Below the pieces are notes generated by a model that made no database searches, was not told the origin of the DNA, and saw nothing but the letters and a program-made list of their open reading frames with translations. This document shows, piece after piece, positions 40,057-50,808 of a DNA stretch of 64,000 nucleotides. This stretch comes from an uncultured bacterium (GTDB lineage Bacteria; Planctomycetota; UBA1135; GCA-002686595). Numbering within the stretch: the first letter of the stretch is position 1; every line of letters begins with the position of its first letter. The DNA lies in NCBI GenBank assembly GCA_943787795.1, contig CALSNU010000001.1:864001-928000 (forward strand). Direction: 5' to 3'. Both the position numbers and the translations under genes were made by a program.

Positions 40057-42081
40057 TCAGTCCTGGATCAGCCTCGCGCCTGCCTTCATCGTCGCCCCAG
40101 CGCTCCGAGGGCCCCGCAAGTAGGGCCCGAGGGCGCCGTCCATCGGGAGGTAGAGGACGGTCTGCTCGTCCGGGACATGGCGCCGCAGCGGCTTGAACCC
40201 GTCGCCGGAGTACCGAGCGCCCCGGGAGAGGCGGACCTCATCGATGTCACCGTTCAGGGTCGAGGTGGCCGCGCCGTCCCCGAGGACGTCGCCGCCGACG
40301 ATGAAGGGCAGCTGATTGGCCGTCCGGGAGCCCTTGGCCGGGACGCGCCCGACGAGGATGCCGTCCAGGTAGGCCCTGACCTCCTCTCCGTCGAACACCC
40401 CGGCCACGTGGTGCCACGCCTCGGGCGTCATCAGCGTCTGCTCCGGGGCCTCGGCCTTGGCGTAGGCCCCGTCGAGGTGGACCGAGAAGCTCAGGCGGCC
40501 GCCGTTGGCGAACAGGCCGTACTCCGAGCTCTCGGTGCGGCACACGAGTCCCTGTCGCGCCGCGAAGGCCCTCGCTCGAACCCAGGCCTCGACGGTGAAG
40601 GGGCCGTTGGGCAGCGGGACCGCGGCCGCGCTCACCTCGGCGTGGGCTCTCCCGCTCAGCTGCAGGAAGCTCTCCTTGGAAGGGCGGGGCACCGGAGGGA
40701 GCGACGACACGTCGAGGGGCAGGGGGTGCTCGCGGACCGGGATGGCGAATCGCGCCGTGTCGGTGAGATAATCGAGGCCGACGGCAAGGGAGGGGGCTTG
40801 GAAGGCCGCGTCGATCGCCCCAGGCGTGTGCTCCAGCCGGAACTTCACGGTCCTTGTCCCGCGGGGCGTGAGGCGCCCATGGGCGTGATCCGGAGTGAAC
40901 CGCCAGCGTGGGTCCCCCGAGGTGAGGCGCAGCTCCATCTCCACCGGTCGTGTCACCGGGTTCTGGAGGGTCACCTCGACCTCTGTGCTCACGCTCCCGT
41001 CTGGCCTGATGAAGACCGGACCGCTGACCCTCGGGACCACCCTGGTGAGGCGGGGCGCCTCGGCGCTGACCTTGCCGGTGATCTCCCGGGGGTCCATCGC
41101 GGCGCCGACCGGGAGGGTCGCCCGCTCGATGCGGCCGGGGCGTACGGTGACCAGGTCGTAGCAGTGCAGGTACCCCGCCTCGGGGACCGACCCGCCCTGA
41201 TGGCCCCCAACGGTCGCGAGGGCGAAGTACTCGATCCCGTCCCGCGGGTCGTACCGCATCTTGTGGATGTGTCCGCCGAAGACGCCCTTCACGTTGCCGG
41301 CGGCCACCAGGCGCCGGTGGACCTTGTCCCAGTCGTCGCCGTACTTGCCGCCGATCCAGCGGGGGTGGTGGCAGAAGACGAAGACGTGCTCGGCCTCGGC
41401 GGTGACCTCGAGGGTCTCGTCCAGCCAGGCGAGCTGCTCGGGGCTCATGGTCTGACATTCGGCCTTGTTGAAGTTGCGCTCCCCGGTCTCCGGGTTCGCC
41501 TCGTCCGTGTACAGGACGATGAACCAGGCGCTCTTGTGCTTGAACGCGTACCAGAGCGGTCCGAAGTGCATCTCATATCTCCCCTCGTGCTCCTCGGCCG
41601 GGCGCGCCACGCCGGCCGGCGCGCGGAAGTAGATGTCGTGGTTGCCCGCCACGGGAAACCAGGGCGCACGCAGGCCCGACATCGCGTCGCGGAACTCTCT
41701 CATCTGAGTCATCCACGGCTCGGCCGTGTTGTAGCCCTGGATCAGATCCCCGACGGTCATCACCAGGTCCGGGCCGAGCAGGTTCGTCTCGTCCACGGCC
41801 GCCCGAAGGATCTCGACGCCCTCGTCCGGGCCGCCCGTGCGATCGCCGTAGACCACGAAGAAGAACGAGTCCGTCTCCTCGGGGAGCGGGAGGTCCACGG
41901 CGCTCCGGCGTGAGGTGATGAACCGGCCGGCGTCGATCTGGCGGGGGCGCTCGTGGCTCGACGCCTGCGGGTCGTCGTGGCACGGTCCCCGGGCAGGGGC
42001 ACGAGGCGGGGAAGGTGCGGCGGGGGCGAGCGCCGGTGGGCAGAGGGTGGCGCCGAGCAGGAGGCTGAGGGAGACGTACAT
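40057..42081 (-). CDS. Secreted calcineurin-like metallophosphoesterase with C-terminal LamG domain
   Basis: Motifs GDRTG, VGDLI, GNHD, HHP and GHIH; LamG segments 'FTVEAWV', 'WHHVAGVFDG' and 'GDIDEVRL'. Confidence 0.85.
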   Translation of the reverse strand: MYVSLSLLLGATLCPPALAPAAPSPPRAPARGPCHDDPQASSHERPRQIDAGRFITSRRSAVDLPLPEETDSFFFVVYGDRTGGPDEGVEILRAAVDETNLLGPDLVMTVGDLIQGYNTAEPWMTQMREFRDAMSGLRAPWFPVAGNHDIYFRAPAGVARPAEEHEGRYEMHFGPLWYAFKHKSAWFIVLYTDEANPETGERNFNKAECQTMSPEQLAWLDETLEVTAEAEHVFVFCHHPRWIGGKYGDDWDKVHRRLVAAGNVKGVFGGHIHKMRYDPRDGIEYFALATVGGHQGGSVPEAGYLHCYDLVTVRPGRIERATLPVGAAMDPREITGKVSAEAPRLTRVVPRVSGPVFIRPDGSVSTEVEVTLQNPVTRPVEMELRLTSGDPRWRFTPDHAHGRLTPRGTRTVKFRLEHTPGAIDAAFQAPSLAVGLDYLTDTARFAIPVREHPLPLDVSSLPPVPRPSKESFLQLSGRAHAEVSAAAVPLPNGPFTVEAWVRARAFAARQGLVCRTESSEYGLFANGGRLSFSVHLDGAYAKAEAPEQTLMTPEAWHHVAGVFDGEEVRAYLDGILVGRVPAKGSRTANQLPFIVGGDVLGDGAATSTLNGDIDEVRLSRGARYSGDGFKPLRRHVPDEQTVLYLPMDGALGPYLRGPRSAGATMKAGARLIQD

Positions 42082-42364
42082 GCTCCCGATGCTACAGCGC
42101 TCGCTGCGAGTGGCTGCGAGCCCATCCGCGAACCCAGCGGGCCTCCCGCCCGCCCGAATTCCCTCCGGGACTTGGGGCGCCCGGTGCTGCGGTGAGGGGG
42201 CCGGCGCCTCGGTAAGCCCCGGATCTTCACGGCGGGAGGCCAGCGGAACGCGGAGGTCGAGAGGCCCCTGGGGGGGCCTCGGGGCCGATCGCGACGAGGC
42301 GCGGAACTTTGAGGGCTCAGCCGGCGGTTGTTGGTCTACCGTCGGCTCGACGGTCCTGATCCCA

Positions 42365-43507
42365 GTGAGCACACCCCAAGCGAGCCAGCACTCCTCCCCG
42401 AGCGGGGCACCCGTCATCGTTCTCCGCGTGGGGGGGCTGCTCGCGCTGCTCTACATCTTCCTCGTCGCCATCAAGCTGCTCGAGGGCGGGATCAAGCTCG
42501 CCGGGGCCGGGGCGGCCGACGGGCTCTTCAACGGAGTGTCGAACCCGTTCGCTGGGCTCGCGGCGGGCATCCTGGCCACGGTGCTGGTGCAGTCGTCGTC
42601 GGTCACGACCTCGACGATCGTCGCGTTGGTCGGATCGGGAACCGTCAGCCTGGAGTCGGCGGTGCCCATGATCCTGGGCGCCAACGTCGGGACGACTATT
42701 ACCAACACGCTGGTGTCGCTCGGGAGCGTCGCGCGCCGTACGGAGTTCCGCCGCGCCTTCGCTGCCGCCACCGCTCATGACTTCTTCAACCTGCTCGCGG
42801 TGGCCGTCTTCCTGCCCATCGAGATCGCGACGGGGTTTCTGGCCAAGACCGCTACGCTGATCGCCGACAAGCTCCCGGTCGGTGAGGCTGGCGGCAAGCT
42901 GGATAGCCCGATCAAGGGCGCGGTGAAGGCGGGCGCGGGGGTCGTGAAGGACGGCTTTGAGTCCCTCGGTGCTGGGGGGGGGCTGCTCACCTTTCTGCTC
43001 CTGGTCGCGGGGCTCGGTCTGATCTTGATCTCCCTGACCACGATTACCCGCGTGATGCGCAGGGTGATGGCCGGTCGAGCGGAGCAAGCGCTCAACGCTG
43101 CGGTCCGCAAGTCCGGGCTGCTGGCCGTGGCTGCGGGGGCGTTGATCACCATCTCGGTGCAGTCCTCGAGCATCACGACCTCGCTGCTGGTCCCCCTCTG
43201 CGGGAGCGGGGTGCTCTCGCTGGAGAACGCCTTCCCGCTCATGCTCGGGGCGAACATCGGGACGACGATCACGGCTTTCCTTGCCTCCCTGGCCACGGAT
43301 CTGGAGGGGCTGAAGATCGCGCTCGTGCACATGATCTTCAACACGCTCTCGGTTTCCATGGTCCTCCCGTTCGCGGCCGTGCGTCGGATCCCTATCAATA
43401 TGGCGCGCGGGCTCGCCATCGCCGCGGTCCGCAGCAAGCTCTACGTCATCGGCTACGTCGTCGTGACCTTCATCTTCATCCCGCTGGTCGGGATCCTCCT
43501 CTTCTGA
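42365..43507 (+). CDS. Na+/Pi cotransporter (PNaS/NptA family)
   Basis: Two QSSS repeats with 'GANVGTT' and 'GANIGTT'. Confidence 0.9.
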   Translation: MSTPQASQHSSPSGAPVIVLRVGGLLALLYIFLVAIKLLEGGIKLAGAGAADGLFNGVSNPFAGLAAGILATVLVQSSSVTTSTIVALVGSGTVSLESAVPMILGANVGTTITNTLVSLGSVARRTEFRRAFAAATAHDFFNLLAVAVFLPIEIATGFLAKTATLIADKLPVGEAGGKLDSPIKGAVKAGAGVVKDGFESLGAGGGLLTFLLLVAGLGLILISLTTITRVMRRVMAGRAEQALNAAVRKSGLLAVAAGALITISVQSSSITTSLLVPLCGSGVLSLENAFPLMLGANIGTTITAFLASLATDLEGLKIALVHMIFNTLSVSMVLPFAAVRRIPINMARGLAIAAVRSKLYVIGYVVVTFIFIPLVGILLF

Positions 43508-43556
43508 TCGCCGGTCGCGATCCGTCATCGAACCCGTTTCCCTCCGGAGACCCCCA

Positions 43557-44228
43557 ATGTTTCACTGGCTCACGCGAATCCAAGAGAGCACCGATAGCGC
43601 CGACGAGATCATGCGCTACTTCGGGCAAATGCTCGAGGATGGGCGGCACGTCTTCGACCTCGCCGCGGGCGCGCTCCTCGGCGGGACGGACGTGGAGTCG
43701 ATCCGCGAGGACGTCTGGGGGACCGACAAGCGGATCAACAGCAACGAGCGACGCATCCGTCGACGGATCCTGACGCACCTCACGGCTTACGGCGCGGAGG
43801 GCGTCGGCGGCCACCTCGCGATGATGAGTATCGTCCGCGACGCGGAGCGGATCGGTGACTACGCCAAGAACCTCTTCGACCTCGGCGCGCTCGGGGGCGA
43901 GGTGCCCCCGGAATTCCGCGAGGACCTGATCGACCTGCGGGACAGGGTCTCTCGGATGCTCGCAAAGGCGCGCAACATCTACGAGACAGAGGACGAGGTC
44001 TCGGCCCGGGCCTTCGGGCTGGACGCCGACGCGGTGTGCCGCCGCTGCGATGAGCAGATCGCGGCCATCATCTCAAGCGATGGCCCCGGCGGCGCCGCCG
44101 CGACAGGCGCGCTCGCTTACCGGTACCTGAAGCGGGTGACGGCTCACTCCGCCAACGTCGTCACCAGCGTCCTGGTCCCCGTGGACCAGCTCGGATACTG
44201 GGACGAGGACGAGGGCGACGAGTCCTGA
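43557..44228 (+). CDS. PhoU-domain protein
   Basis: 'DKRINSNERRIRR' and 'DAERIGDYAKN'; follows the Na/Pi transporter. Confidence 0.85.
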   Translation: MFHWLTRIQESTDSADEIMRYFGQMLEDGRHVFDLAAGALLGGTDVESIREDVWGTDKRINSNERRIRRRILTHLTAYGAEGVGGHLAMMSIVRDAERIGDYAKNLFDLGALGGEVPPEFREDLIDLRDRVSRMLAKARNIYETEDEVSARAFGLDADAVCRRCDEQIAAIISSDGPGGAAATGALAYRYLKRVTAHSANVVTSVLVPVDQLGYWDEDEGDES

Positions 44229-44239
44229 GCTCGCCCGAG

Positions 44240-44337
44240 GGTGTTGGCCCCCGTGCCGGGTGTAGGCCCAGCGCCGGGGTGTAGGCCCAGCGCCGGGAGT
44301 TAGGCCCAGCGCTCGGGTATAGACTCAGCGCCGGGGC
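44240..44337. repeat. Degenerate ~19-20-bp tandem repeat x5 (core TAGGCCCAGCGCCGGG)
   Basis: Read directly between the convergent PhoU gene and prfC. Confidence 0.75.
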
Positions 44338-44377
44338 GGCAGCTTCGAGCGTGGTCGTCTGGCGAGGGGCTGCCCGC

Positions 44378-45966
<1,589 letters not shown>

Positions 45967-46068
45967 GCTTGAGTCGGCGTCGGAGAGCCCCTGGCAGGGG
46001 GGCGCGCCCCCCGGTCCGCTCGCGAGGGGCGGTTGATCGGCTCCCTCCCGGGCGACTACCATACGAGC

Positions 46069-46359
46069 ATGCGGCCCCGCTCGTGCACCCCTCTGACCGT
46101 CCTCCTGCTGGCGATCATCGCCCTCATCGCAGGGCCGGTATCCGGGGTAGGCGGCCTGGGCTCCTTCGAGGAAGAGTCCGAGCGCGTGGAGGAGGTCTCC
46201 ACCGAGGAGCTGGCGGTCGTACGCAGCGACCTGAAGCGAGTCCGCCGGCGGGTGTGGGTGAGCGAGATCGCCCCCCACGTTGACCGCACGGTCCGACGTC
46301 GCACCTGGGTCCGAATCCCCCGGGCGCCGGGGCGATTCCTCCCTCCCCTGCAGTGTTAG
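46069..46359 (+). CDS. Small hypothetical protein with N-terminal TM helix
   Basis: ATG 46069 is preceded by TACCAT at 6 nt; hydrophobic N-terminus. Confidence 0.45.
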   Translation: MRPRSCTPLTVLLLAIIALIAGPVSGVGGLGSFEEESERVEEVSTEELAVVRSDLKRVRRRVWVSEIAPHVDRTVRRRTWVRIPRAPGRFLPPLQC

Positions 46360-46585
46360 CGGTCCGCGGCCCGTGCCGCGCCCCCCGCACTCCCTAGCCC
46401 CCTCTGCCGCACATCGAGCCCCATTGCCGGGCGATATGGCGCGTCGGGTGAGAGCCGAGTCGGGCTGGAGCGGCTGCGCCCGTCTGGCCAGGGCCGCTTT
46501 GCGGCCCCGCCTTGTCCTGCAAGTCTAGCGATCCAAAGTCGGGTCGTCGTCACGCTCCGCGTCGCACCTCTCCCAGCCACCGTTC

Positions 46586-48343
46586 ATGTCCAATCAGCCT
46601 CGTTTCTTCTCCAACCTCCGCGGAGACCTCTTCGGAGGGCTCACCGCAGGTGTCGTCGCGCTCCCCCTCGCCCTGGCCTTCGGCGAGCAGAGTGGTCTGG
46701 GGGCCTCCGCCGGCCTCTATGGCGCGGCCTTCATCGGCTTCTTCGCGGCCCTGCTGGGCGGCACCGCCACCCAGATCAGCGGGCCGACCGCGCCCATGAC
46801 GGTCCTGTCGGCCGCCATTGTCACCACGATCGTGACGGCCAACGGGGGCAGCGTGGACGACGCCCTGCCCTTGATCCTGTTCGTCTTCCTCCTGGCCGGC
46901 GCTTTCCAGATCGGCCTCGGGTTGATGAAGGCCGGGAGCGTGATCCGGTTCATTCCGCGGACCGTCGTCTCCGGTTTCATGACGGGGATCGGCGTGATCA
47001 TCCTGATCACTCAGGTCCTGCCAGCCGTGGGCTACGTGGCCGCGAATGACGCGGACGCGGTCGAAGCGCAGATGATCCTTGCCGAGGAGTCGCTCCTGCA
47101 CAAGGCGCTGGAGGCCGCCAGCATGGAGGACGCCCTCGAGATCGAGGATCTCATGAGCTTCAACCTCGAGGCCCAGGGGATCGATGCCGACGACATCAGG
47201 GAAGAGGCGCAGGTGCTGGCTCGGAACGACGCCAAGGGCGTCCTCGGGACCCTGCGGAGCCTGCCCCACGCCATTGATGGGGTGAACTTCCTCGAGCTGG
47301 CCCTGGCCCTGGTGACCATCCTCATCATCTTCGGATTCAAGCGAATCACCACCGTGATCCCCTCGGCCCTCGTGGCTCTGGTGGGGGTCACCGGCGTCTC
47401 CCTCGCCATGGGGCTGGACTATCGGCCCATCACGAAGATCGAGAGCGGGCTCCCCTCCCCGCAGTTTGGCCTCTTCGGCTCCATCGGAGACGTGGCGCCG
47501 TACATCTTCACGGCCTTCCTGCTCAGCTTGCTGGGCGGGATCGACTCCCTGTTGACCTCGGTCGTCGCGGACAACCTGACCAAGACCAAGCACCAGCCCA
47601 ACAAGGAGCTGATTGGCCAGGGCATCGGTAACGGGATCGCGGCGCTCTTTGGAGGCTTGCCGGGAGCGGGCGCGACGATCCGGACCGTGGTCAACATCCA
47701 GGCAGGGGGCCGCACTCGGCTCTCGGGCATGATTGCCGGCGCGCTCCTGTTCCTGACCCTGCTGGCCCTCGGCCCCATCGCGTCCAAGATCCCCACAGCG
47801 GTGCTGAGCGGGATCCTGATCACGGTCGGGATCGGAGTCATGGACTACCGCGGGCTCCGCGAGCTGAAGGTCATGCCGTGGCCCGACCGCATCGTGCTGC
47901 TCACCGTGCTCCTGCTCACCGTCTTCTGGCAACTGGTCTACGCGGTCGCCGTGGGACTGGTCCTCGCTGCGCTGCTCTTCATGCGCTCGATGTCCCGCTG
48001 GTCTGCAGGTGGATTCGAGGTGGTCAAGGCCGAGAATGAAGGCGACGGCATGGAGGGGGACCGCTACGTCAAGCACGTCCGTGGTCCGCTCTTCTTCGGG
48101 AACGTCGCCGAGTTCGGAGACCTGCGGGCCTCCATTCCAGCGGACGCTCGGAAGGTCGAGATCGACCTGACCGAGGTGCCCTTCTTCGACCAATCAGGGG
48201 TGTACGCCCTCGAAGAGGCGGTGCTGGACCTCTCCATCGACGGACGCGAGGTCAGCATTCTCGGCCTCGACGGCAGGCAGCGTTCGCAGCTGGAGGCGGT
48301 CCGCTTCATCCCCAACGTGGTCCCCGCAGAGCGGGTCAGCTGA
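46586..48343 (+). CDS. SulP/SLC26 anion transporter (BicA-like) with STAS domain
   Basis: Motifs GDLFGGLTAGVVALPLALAF, SGPTAPM, NKELIGQG and GATIRT; STAS segments 'GPLFFG' and 'DQSG'. Confidence 0.92.
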   Translation: MSNQPRFFSNLRGDLFGGLTAGVVALPLALAFGEQSGLGASAGLYGAAFIGFFAALLGGTATQISGPTAPMTVLSAAIVTTIVTANGGSVDDALPLILFVFLLAGAFQIGLGLMKAGSVIRFIPRTVVSGFMTGIGVIILITQVLPAVGYVAANDADAVEAQMILAEESLLHKALEAASMEDALEIEDLMSFNLEAQGIDADDIREEAQVLARNDAKGVLGTLRSLPHAIDGVNFLELALALVTILIIFGFKRITTVIPSALVALVGVTGVSLAMGLDYRPITKIESGLPSPQFGLFGSIGDVAPYIFTAFLLSLLGGIDSLLTSVVADNLTKTKHQPNKELIGQGIGNGIAALFGGLPGAGATIRTVVNIQAGGRTRLSGMIAGALLFLTLLALGPIASKIPTAVLSGILITVGIGVMDYRGLRELKVMPWPDRIVLLTVLLLTVFWQLVYAVAVGLVLAALLFMRSMSRWSAGGFEVVKAENEGDGMEGDRYVKHVRGPLFFGNVAEFGDLRASIPADARKVEIDLTEVPFFDQSGVYALEEAVLDLSIDGREVSILGLDGRQRSQLEAVRFIPNVVPAERVS

Positions 48344-48354
48344 CCGCTGCCCCG

Positions 48355-48390
48355 GGAGGGGGGGGCGCCGGTGGCGGCGCCCCCCCCTCC
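48355..48390. terminator. Perfect 15-bp GC hairpin between convergent genes
   Basis: GGA(G8)CGCC-ggtggc-GGCG(C8)TCC; no U-tract. Confidence 0.6.
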
Positions 48391-48544
48391 GGTCCGGGCG
48401 CGCTCGGGGAAGGCATCGACCGCACGGGGCCGTCCCGGTGCAGCTCCTCCGCCGCCCCTCCCGAGTCATGGCCCCTCCGTCGCTGACCAGCTGTCGCTGG
48501 CACCTCGCCAACGCTCAGGGACCTGACCTCTCAGCCGAGGCCGT

Positions 48545-49144
48545 TCAGCGGGCGGGGGTGAGCTGGACTCCAGAGAAGAACCTCTCGGCAGCCGCGCCGC
48601 CGCCCACGGGCTCTGAAGAGGGGCGTCGGGTGGAGTAGAGCAGCACCACGGACTGACCGAGGTCCTCCGGGTGGAGGAGCCAGCAGCCGCGGTTCTCCAC
48701 CCGTAGCGTCCGCCCTTTCGCGGCCGGGAAGCCTCGGTCCAGGAAGGTCTCAATGTACTCGACGCAGTAGTCCCCGTGGCGTCGCGTGAGGCGCGCGCTG
48801 CAGGTGACGTCCTCGGCGCGTTCCGGGTCTCTGCCCTTGGAGAGAACGCGCTCGACGTGGCGCAGGAAGCCCGTCGGGGAGCCGAAGGTGGACCCCGACG
48901 ATCCGCTCGAGGCCGAGGCGATGGTCGAGACTGCCTCGTCGGAAAAGCGCCGCGCGAAGACGGCGCCCTGGGAGTCCTCGGCGACCACGTACCAGTTCGT
49001 GCCCTGGGGGGGGAGGACCGTGAGCCCCTCCAGCGCCAGCGGGGAGGTCGGGTCGGTGACCGGCTGGGACCAGCGCGAGGCGCTGCACGAGCACAGGGTC
49101 AGGAGCGTGGCGCCGGCGAGCAGCGCGAGGGAGCGGAGCTTCAT
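48545..49144 (-). CDS. Hypothetical lipoprotein
   Basis: 'MKLRSLALLAGATLLTLCSC'; TAGGGT lies 7 nt before ATG 49144. Confidence 0.65.
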   Translation of the reverse strand: MKLRSLALLAGATLLTLCSCSASRWSQPVTDPTSPLALEGLTVLPPQGTNWYVVAEDSQGAVFARRFSDEAVSTIASASSGSSGSTFGSPTGFLRHVERVLSKGRDPERAEDVTCSARLTRRHGDYCVEYIETFLDRGFPAAKGRTLRVENRGCWLLHPEDLGQSVVLLYSTRRPSSEPVGGGAAAERFFSGVQLTPAR

Positions 49145-49163
49145 GGCCGACACCCTAGCACGG

Positions 49164-49272
49164 CGAGGTGCGCGGACGAGGTGCGCGGACGAGGTACGCG
49201 GACGAGGTACGCGGACGAGGTACGCGGACGAGGTACGCGGACGAGGTACGCGGACGAGGTACGCGGACGAGG
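49164..49272. repeat. 13-bp tandem repeat, 8 full copies + partial (CGAGGT[A/G]CGCGGA)
   Basis: Two G-variant copies followed by six A-variant copies, with no spacers. Confidence 0.95.
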
Positions 49273-49301
49273 CGCCGTCGCCGCCAGCGCGCAGCTCTCG
49301 C

Positions 49302-50618
49302 TCAGGCGGCGTCGAAGCGGAGCTCGCCGCCGCGGGCCCGAACGACGACGCCCTTGTCGCGATCGTGGCCGGAGAGGAGCACGTCGGAGAGGCGCGGCTC
49401 GATCTCTCTCTGGATGACGCGTCGCAGCTCGCGGGCGCCGCACTCCGGGCGGAAGCCGCGGCCAGCCACCCAGCGGGCGACGGCCGGGGTGAAGCGGACG
49501 TGCATGCCTCGCTCGGCTCCGCGGCCGGCCAGCTCGGTCAGCTTCTTCTGCGCCACGCGCTCGACGGTTTGACGAGAGAGCTCATCGAACACGACGATAT
49601 CGCCGATCCTCCCGAGGAACTCGGGGGAGAAGGTGCGGGCGAGGGCGTCCTCGGTGATGACCTCGAGGGCGGCGCGTCCGATGGTCGGAGCGCCACCGAA
49701 GCCGACCGCTCGCGTCGCGGAGGTGACCTCCTCCGCGCCGCAGTTGGAGGTCATGACCACGATGGTCCGCTCGAAGGAGACCCGGCGCCCCTTGCTGTCG
49801 GTCAGCGCGCCCTCCTCCATGATCTGGAGCATCAGGTTGTGCAGCTTGGGGTGGGCCTTCTCAACCTCGTCGAAGAGGACGACGCACTCGGGCTCTGCCG
49901 CGACCGCGTCGGTCAGCTGGCCTCCATCGTCGTGGCCCACGTAGCCGGGAGGCGAGCCGATGAGCTTCGAGTACTCGTGGGCGAGAGCGAACTCGGAGCA
50001 GTCAATGCGGACGAGGCCCTTGCTCTCTCCCCTGGCGAAGAGGTGATGCGCCATGCGGCGGGCCAGCTCGGTCTTGCCCGTGCCGGTCCTCCCCGGGAAC
50101 AGGAAGGAGGCGAGGGGGCGACCGGCTTCCCCGAGCCCGGCGGCGCAGGCCCGGACGGCGCGGGCCACGCTCTCGATGGCGCGATCCTGGCCCAGGACGT
50201 CCTTCTTGAGGTCTCTGGCGAGCGTCCCGGCGGCCCCGCGGAGGTGGCTGAGCAGGGCCTCCCGCTCGGCCTGGCCCTCATCCGCGCTGGCGGTCTGGGG
50301 CTTGGCTGTGGAGCTTGCGTCCACGGTCAGGCGCACCTCGTGGATGTCCATCCCCGGGTTGACCTCCACACACAGCTGGTAGAGCAGGTCCTCGACCATC
50401 AGGGGGTCGTCGGGGAAGAGGCGTTCGAGGCGGCCCTCGAGGTCCCCCCGGAACTCTGGCATGCACGCCTCGATGACCATCTTCCGGTACCCCGCGCGCC
50501 CCAGCCCGGGCCGGTCACGCAGGGTCAGGGCTCCCTCTTCCAGCGCCAGGATCTGCACGAAGCAGTCGGCGAGGTCGAAGTAGCGATAGAAGCTACGTTC
50601 GGGAGCGGTGCTGGACAC
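49302..50618 (-). CDS. Clp/Hsp100 AAA+ ATPase containing only the D2 module, with unrecognised N-terminal domain
   Basis: Walker A GRTGTGKTE, pore loop LIGSPPGYVG, Walker B LFDEVEKAHP, sensor 1 MTSN, VGF loop, SPEFLGRI and GARELRR. Start uncertain (50618 or 50666). Confidence 0.85.
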   Translation of the reverse strand: MSSTAPERSFYRYFDLADCFVQILALEEGALTLRDRPGLGRAGYRKMVIEACMPEFRGDLEGRLERLFPDDPLMVEDLLYQLCVEVNPGMDIHEVRLTVDASSTAKPQTASADEGQAEREALLSHLRGAAGTLARDLKKDVLGQDRAIESVARAVRACAAGLGEAGRPLASFLFPGRTGTGKTELARRMAHHLFARGESKGLVRIDCSEFALAHEYSKLIGSPPGYVGHDDGGQLTDAVAAEPECVVLFDEVEKAHPKLHNLMLQIMEEGALTDSKGRRVSFERTIVVMTSNCGAEEVTSATRAVGFGGAPTIGRAALEVITEDALARTFSPEFLGRIGDIVVFDELSRQTVERVAQKKLTELAGRGAERGMHVRFTPAVARWVAGRGFRPECGARELRRVIQREIEPRLSDVLLSGHDRDKGVVVRARGGELRFDAA

Positions 50619-50808
50619 GATCAGGAGGCTTGGCAGGGGAGGCAGGTGGCGCGGCAAGCCGCGCACCCACTAGTTCGTCGATCGGCGGCGTCGATCTTGA
50701 CGCAACACGCTCCCAAGCCCGATCTGGCGCACCACTTTGGCCTGTTCTCGTCCGGAAGCGGGACGCGCAGCGTGTCCGCGCGCCGAGCGGGGCCTAGAAT
50801 CGCCACAG

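Noticed and set aside
44240..44337. Possible degenerate CRISPR or REP cluster
   Set aside because: Units are head-to-tail and ~19 bp, with no unique spacers.
49164..49272. Possible CRISPR array
   Set aside because: Contiguous 13-bp units with no spacers, and no cas genes in the window.
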